A DNA stretch of 64,000 bases from an uncultured Thermoleophilia bacterium. GTDB taxonomy: Bacteria; Actinomycetota; Thermoleophilia; UBA2241. Position 1 is the first letter of the stretch; every line of letters starts with the position of its first letter. The translations under genes were made by a program, and so were the position numbers. Below the pieces are notes generated by a model. The model did no database searches and was not told the origin of the DNA. It saw only the letters and a program-made list of their open reading frames with translations. The stretch lies in assembly GCA_963702475.1 (NCBI GenBank), contig CAVPCT010000002.1:224001-288000 (forward strand), read 5' to 3'. Positions 60,201 through 64,000 of this stretch are shown piece after piece.

Positions 60201-60721
60201 GCGACCTGGGCGACGAGGCCGGGTTACCGGCTCTCGCGGCAGCCGTCGCCGGCGAGCTCGGGCGGCCCGACCTCGAGGCCGACGCGGCAACGCTGGCCGG
60301 GCACTGCTGGAGGGCCGAGCCGGTGCGGCAAGCAGCCGCCGCGCTGGCGGCGGACCCGCAGGCCGTCCACCGCGAGGTCCAGGTGGGCGCCCTCGTTGGC
60401 GATGTCGCCGTGACCGGCGCCATCGACCTCCTGTACCGCCGCGGGGCCGAGTGGGTCGTCGTCGACTACAAGACAGACAGAGGTGCCGGACCGCAGGAGC
60501 TCCTGGAGCGCTACCGCCCGCAGGGCGCTGCGTACACCGTGGCCGCAGAGGCGGTGCTGGGCCGGGGCGCGGTACGCGAAGTGGTGTTCGTCGCGGCTCG
60601 TGCGGGCGGTCTCGCCGTCCGCGTCCCCGTGGACGACGGGCTGCGCGCGCTGGCCGCGGCCGAAGTACGGGCCGCGTTGTCCGGCGGGGGCGCCGTCGTC
60701 CACGACGACCGTTTCGCGTGA
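57248..60721 (+). CDS. addA: AddA-like UvrD helicase + RecB-type nuclease
   Basis: EAGAGTGKT, ITFTEKAA, TIHGF, VDEFQDT, VGDPKQSIYRFR, TIHKAKGLE, LYVAATRA, GAIDL, VDYKT. Confidence 0.92.
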   Translation: MPERSVCDADVRLRVTSELATTFLLEAGAGTGKTKVLVDRYVACVLDEARGAGDVRAVAAITFTEKAAGELRQRIREELERLAAAEAAGSPSAQRVQAALDALDDAPIGTIHGFAGRLLREFPVEARVDPAFEQLDELGSDLERARLWGEWLTGLAAAGDGHQTVRRQLQRLLRAGVTLDDVRKLAVGKSGVFGERYDIEAVTGVADEPDLASHLERLARAVDDLCAFCSVACGDQEDGAFKGAMGLAGACREVLGGAPVEVDQLVASLSRITVREKQGGLGGRQGNWSATHGGKDVLWERYRAAAGVVTAIVDAYAEYLTGLAVAVADSFSRWAGATQLGLGRLDFTDLLGCLRDLLLHDREARRTLQRRFSYVLVDEFQDTDPLQAEIVFFLCEREPLAGDWREVVLEPGKLFVVGDPKQSIYRFRRADIAMYDEVKQLVAAQPGGSGEVRAISQNFRTTPAVLGWVNNVFADLFDGEQETGRQPGYQWVEPYRLSVEESRVAVLLGPPYDGSAGSADAQRRDEARAVAGLLARVHGYDAHAWAVREREAGGDGEVPRAPQWGDIAVLYRTTTGLETLEDALREAGVPYRVDGGTTYFARREIDDTLLCLRAVDDPSDGPAVYGALHSTLFGFTDDDLFLFWAAGGRFDLFGEQQPEAWPAVAAALRNLRELHASRAHLEPHELVDDLVRRTRAADLLAATGSGGAQSIANLDKLVERARAFSGASGGSLAAFLAWAAEAGEAAGEQESQVDDAGDVVHLLTIHKAKGLEYPIVVVYGGGRGGRGGGGGGEPIVDRGSRHMSIRLRVALPGSAQQTLEPGAYTRLNEREKRMGESELRRLLYVAATRARDHLVVSCFGTPLTKDGEPVAGALLGPIAGSLPAPAVLDADVEDDGLLVLAPSAALPGAEGEATVDTQRLLEDREAWNVRRNEVMATASAPAPATSPSSLEHVDEEARVGGPGAPPGRARALALGTAVHRIMELCDLGDEAGLPALAAAVAGELGRPDLEADAATLAGHCWRAEPVRQAAAALAADPQAVHREVQVGALVGDVAVTGAIDLLYRRGAEWVVVDYKTDRGAGPQELLERYRPQGAAYTVAAEAVLGRGAVREVVFVAARAGGLAVRVPVDDGLRALAAAEVRAALSGGGAVVHDDRFA

Positions 60722-60788
60722 CGTCTCGCTCGGGTTAGGGACGGCATGTGGTGGAACACTCCGCCCCAGACGACCCGAGGAGCACACC

Positions 60789-61265
60789 ATGGCCACCATC
60801 CAGAAGATCACCCCCATGCTCTGGTTCGACGGAAGGGCCGAGGAGGCCGCGCGGCAGTACGTCTCCATCTTCCCGGACTCGTCGCTGGGCGCTGTCAGCA
60901 GGCAGCCCGACGGCACGCCGCTCGTCGTCGAGTTCACACTGGCCGGCCAGCGCTTCACGGCGCTCAACGGCGGTCCGGAGTACACGTTCACGCCGGCGGT
61001 CTCCTTCGTCGTCGGCTGCGATACGCAGGACGAGGTGGACCACTACTGGGACAAGCTCTCGGAGGGAGGCGCCCCCGAGGCCCGGCAGTGCGGCTGGCTC
61101 GCCGACCGGTTCGGCGTCTCGTGGCAGGTCGTGCCGCGGCGGCTCGGTGAGTACCTGAGCGACCCCGACCCCGAGAAGGCGGGGAGGACCATGCAGGCCA
61201 TGCTCAAGATGAAGAAGCTGGACATCGAGGCCCTGCGTCGCGCCCACGACGGGGAGGAGGCCTGA
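60789..61265 (+). CDS. VOC-family protein (PhnB / 3-demethylubiquinone-9 3-methyltransferase-like)
   Basis: QKITPMLWFDG.AEEA, ALNGGP, QCGWLADRFGVSWQVVP, MKKLDI. Confidence 0.92.
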   Translation: MATIQKITPMLWFDGRAEEAARQYVSIFPDSSLGAVSRQPDGTPLVVEFTLAGQRFTALNGGPEYTFTPAVSFVVGCDTQDEVDHYWDKLSEGGAPEARQCGWLADRFGVSWQVVPRRLGEYLSDPDPEKAGRTMQAMLKMKKLDIEALRRAHDGEEA

Positions 61266-61270
61266 CCACG

Positions 61271-61975
61271 GTGGCGAGCGCCCGGCAGAGCCCCGACCCT
61301 CCCGGCCTCCCCCCGGATCCTGCGTCAGTCGCCGGCGGTGCGCGCGAGCTCCCCGCCGGCGACTTCTCCGCCTGGCTCGCGCGCATGCGCGATGCCCTGC
61401 GCACGGGCGCCGACATGGACGTGCCGTGCGGCGACTGCCGCGCCTGTTGCACGACGGCGCACTTCGTGCACGTCGGCCCCGACGAGCGCGACGTGCTGAC
61501 CCTCGTGCCGCGTGAGCTGCGGTTCCCGGCGCCCGGCCTGCCGTCCGGCCACGTCGTGCTGCCCTACGACGAGCGCGGGCGTTGCCCGATGCTGGAGCAG
61601 GACGGGACCTGCGGCATCTACGAGCACCGTCCGCGCACCTGCCGCGTGTACGATTGCCGGGTGTTCGCGGCGGCCGGGGTGGACGCCGACCGCGAGGCGA
61701 TCACGGCGCAGAGCCGCCGCTGGAGGTTCACGTCTCCGACGTCGGAGGACGGGGAGGAGCGCGAGGCCGTGCGTGCGGCGGCGCGCTTTCTGCACGACCA
61801 CGCCGCCGCCTTCCCGCCCGGCGTCGTCCCGGACGCACCGCGCCTCGCCGTGCTCGCGGTGGCGGTGTGTCACCTCTTTCTCGACCGGGGCCTGCTGAGC
61901 CGAAGCGAGGCCCGGCCGCTCGATGCCGAGTTGATCGGGGCCATCGCGCGAGTGCACCGCGGCCTGATGCCCTGA
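61271..61975 (+). CDS. YkgJ-family CxxCxxCC protein
   Basis: VPCGDCRACC, GRCPML, CGIYEHRPRTCRVYDCR. Confidence 0.88.
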   Translation: MASARQSPDPPGLPPDPASVAGGARELPAGDFSAWLARMRDALRTGADMDVPCGDCRACCTTAHFVHVGPDERDVLTLVPRELRFPAPGLPSGHVVLPYDERGRCPMLEQDGTCGIYEHRPRTCRVYDCRVFAAAGVDADREAITAQSRRWRFTSPTSEDGEEREAVRAAARFLHDHAAAFPPGVVPDAPRLAVLAVAVCHLFLDRGLLSRSEARPLDAELIGAIARVHRGLMP

Positions 61976-62005
61976 TCGAGGCCGAGCACGCGGTATGCTG
62001 GCCGC

Positions 62006-62680
62006 GTGGTCCCGCACAGCCGCACAGCAGGCGATCGTGAGGAGGCCGGCCTCGATGCCGGCGTCTTCTCGGTCTGGCTCCGCGACACCGAGGCCGCCTT
62101 GGCCGAGAAACGAGAGGCCGACGTGCCGTGCGGCCCGTGCAACGCCTGCTGCCGGACGTCCCACTACATCCACGTCCGGCCCGAGGACCGCCGCGCGCTC
62201 AAGTGCCTCCCGCGCGCCTATCTGAGCCCGGCCCCCGACCTGCCGCCGGGCAATCTCGTCCTCGGCTTCGACCAGGCCGGCCGCTGCCCCATGCTCGTCG
62301 ACGGCCGCTGCACGATCTATGCCGACCGGCCGCGTGCCTGCCGCACCTACGACTGCCGCATCTACGCGGCCGCCGGTATCGAGGCCGACCGCCCGGACAT
62401 CGACGCACAGGCGCGGCGCTGGCGGTTCACGTTTCCGGCGGCGCGAGACCACGAGGCGTTGGATGCGGTCCGCGCGGCCGTCGCGTTCGTCCGCGCGCAC
62501 CCGGAGGGCTTTCCGAGCGCGGCCGCCCACCGTCAGCCGCTTCGCGTGGCTGTCGTGGCGATAGCCGTCCACGAGCGCTTCCTGGAGCGGCCCCAGCGCC
62601 CCTGGCGTCCGCCCGAGACAGACCGGCGCCGCGTCCGCGCCGTGGCCGACGCCCACGAGCTGCTCTTCGGCGACGGGTGA
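62006..62680 (+). CDS. YkgJ-family CxxCxxCC protein, tandem paralog
   Basis: VPCGPCNACC, GRCPML, CTIYADRPRACRTYDCR. Confidence 0.88.
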   Translation: MVPHSRTAGDREEAGLDAGVFSVWLRDTEAALAEKREADVPCGPCNACCRTSHYIHVRPEDRRALKCLPRAYLSPAPDLPPGNLVLGFDQAGRCPMLVDGRCTIYADRPRACRTYDCRIYAAAGIEADRPDIDAQARRWRFTFPAARDHEALDAVRAAVAFVRAHPEGFPSAAAHRQPLRVAVVAIAVHERFLERPQRPWRPPETDRRRVRAVADAHELLFGDG

Positions 62681-62751
62681 AGCGGGGGGTCGAGAGGCCG
62701 CACCCGACACGCGAGGGCCGCGCGGCGCAGTGACTGCGCACGGCCCTGCAG

Positions 62752-62785
62752 TTGACCATTGATGCGCCCTTGCATAGCATCAATG
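62752..62785 (+). promoter_or_regulatory. Sigma70-type promoter with overlapping inverted-repeat operator
   Basis: TTGACC-17-TAGCAT; CATTGATGC-N11-GCATCAATG at 62757-62785. Confidence 0.7.
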
Positions 62786-62833
62786 CATCGTCGGCGCCTG
62801 CCGGCGGGCCATGATCGAGCGGAGGAGGCGAAG

Positions 62834-62902
62834 ATGGGCAAAGAGCTCGCGATCCTCGCGCACGACACGGTCGACCAGCCTCCTCCAGCGCGCCTCTCCT
62901 AG
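62834..62902 (+). CDS. Candidate 22-aa leader peptide MGKELAILAHDTVDQPPPARLS
   Basis: GGAGGAGG SD 5 nt before ATG; located between promoter and the ord-like gene. Confidence 0.4.
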   Translation: MGKELAILAHDTVDQPPPARLS

Positions 62903-63097
62903 CCGCACGCCGCGCGTCGCTCGACGCCGGCGCGGGCTCTCCTGCAGCGGTCGGGCGGTAGTCTCGCTCGCACCCCGTCCGCATCCGCGTGACGCACGGC
63001 TCCGTGCCTGCACGCGCACCGCTGCACGTTCCCCATGCACAAGTGAAACACGGGGCCGCGGCCGTTCTGCCGACCGTCCCGTGGAGAGGAGTCCGAC

Positions 63098-64000
63098 ATG
63101 ATCAAGGTAGCGGAGTGGGGCACCGGCATGATGGGCCAGGGCCTCCTGGGCTACATCCTGGACCGTCCCAGGGACATCGACCTCGTGGGCGTCATCGTCA
63201 CCAGTCCCGCCAAGGAGGGGAAGACGGTCGGCGAGCTGTTGGGCCGCCCGTGTGACGTCAGGATGACGACCGACTTCGAGGCCATCCTGGCGAAGAAGCC
63301 GGACGTCGTCTGCATCAACACCCAGTCCAACCTGGACGAGATCGAGCCGCAGGTCATTCCGGCACTCGAGGCCGGCTGCAACGTCATCTGCATCGCCGAG
63401 AAGCTCTCGTACCCGTGGGCCAGTGACCCCGAGCGCGCCGAGCTGTTCGACCGCACGGCGAAGGAGCACGGCGTCAGCTGCCTCGGCACCGGCATCAACC
63501 CCGGCTTCGTACTGGACGCCCTCATCGTCATGTGGAGCTCCATCTGTCTGCGCGTCGACTCCATCGAAGCGTCGCGCGTCAACGACCTCTCGCCCTTCGG
63601 CCCCACCGTGATGAAGGGGCAGGGCGTGGGGACCACCGTCGAGGAGTTCGAGAGGGGCGTCGCCGACGGCACCATCGTGGGCCACATCGGCTTTCCCGAG
63701 TCCATCATGCTCATCGCCAGGGCGCTGGGCTGGAAGATCGACCGCGTCGAGGAGACGCGCGAGCCCATCGTCACCGAGGTCGAGCGCTCCACGCAGCACG
63801 TGCACGTGCCGGCGGGCTGGGTCGCGGGCTGCAAACAGGTCGGCAAGGGCTACGTCGGCGACGAGCTCAAGATCCACCTCATCCACCCGCAGCAGATCCA
63901 CCCGGAGATGGCCGGCACTGACACCGGCGACTACATCAGGATCACCGGCGACCCTGATGTGAACATGGTCAACTCGCCGGAGGTCCCGGGTGGCAAGGGC
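63098..64000 (+). CDS. ord: 2,4-diaminopentanoate dehydrogenase-like (Ord) oxidoreductase, partial
   Basis: MIKVAEWGTGMMGQG, AEKLSYPW, LGTGINPGFVLD, RVNDLSPFGPTVMKGQGVG, GHIGFPES, HPQQIHPE, TGDYI; GAGGAG RBS. Confidence 0.85.
   Translation, partial: MIKVAEWGTGMMGQGLLGYILDRPRDIDLVGVIVTSPAKEGKTVGELLGRPCDVRMTTDFEAILAKKPDVVCINTQSNLDEIEPQVIPALEAGCNVICIAEKLSYPWASDPERAELFDRTAKEHGVSCLGTGINPGFVLDALIVMWSSICLRVDSIEASRVNDLSPFGPTVMKGQGVGTTVEEFERGVADGTIVGHIGFPESIMLIARALGWKIDRVEETREPIVTEVERSTQHVHVPAGWVAGCKQVGKGYVGDELKIHLIHPQQIHPEMAGTDTGDYIRITGDPDVNMVNSPEVPGGKG

Overview
High-GC bacterial chromosomal window; gene content and apparent leaderless genes suggest Actinomycetota (inference only). Housekeeping blocks: MoxR/vWA, DAK2-DegV, pntAB, an oxidative pentose-phosphate cluster (tal-like, pgi, gnd, zwf, pgl), RNase P RNA, UPF0182, AddAB-like helicase-nuclease and the start of an Ord-like dehydrogenase. 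The main signal is at ~12.5-28 kb, with remnants to ~34 kb. It is a run of short, co-oriented accessory genes (toxin-antitoxin modules, GNATs, SAM methyltransferases, TfoX, GFA, VOC) separated by about a dozen degenerate integron attC-like hairpins. The core site upstream of each gene is complementary to the inverse core downstream of the same gene, the signature of integrated gene cassettes. No integrase is in the window, so this looks like an eroding CALIN. Other notable items: a candidate -1 programmed frameshift joining MoxR to vWA, a full-length transaldolase lacking its Schiff-base lysine, and a PPP-containing leader peptide upstream of the ord-like gene. Three single-base frameshifts in housekeeping genes (osmC, gnd, UPF0182) may be sequencing errors. 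All calls are by eye from motifs; no searches were run.
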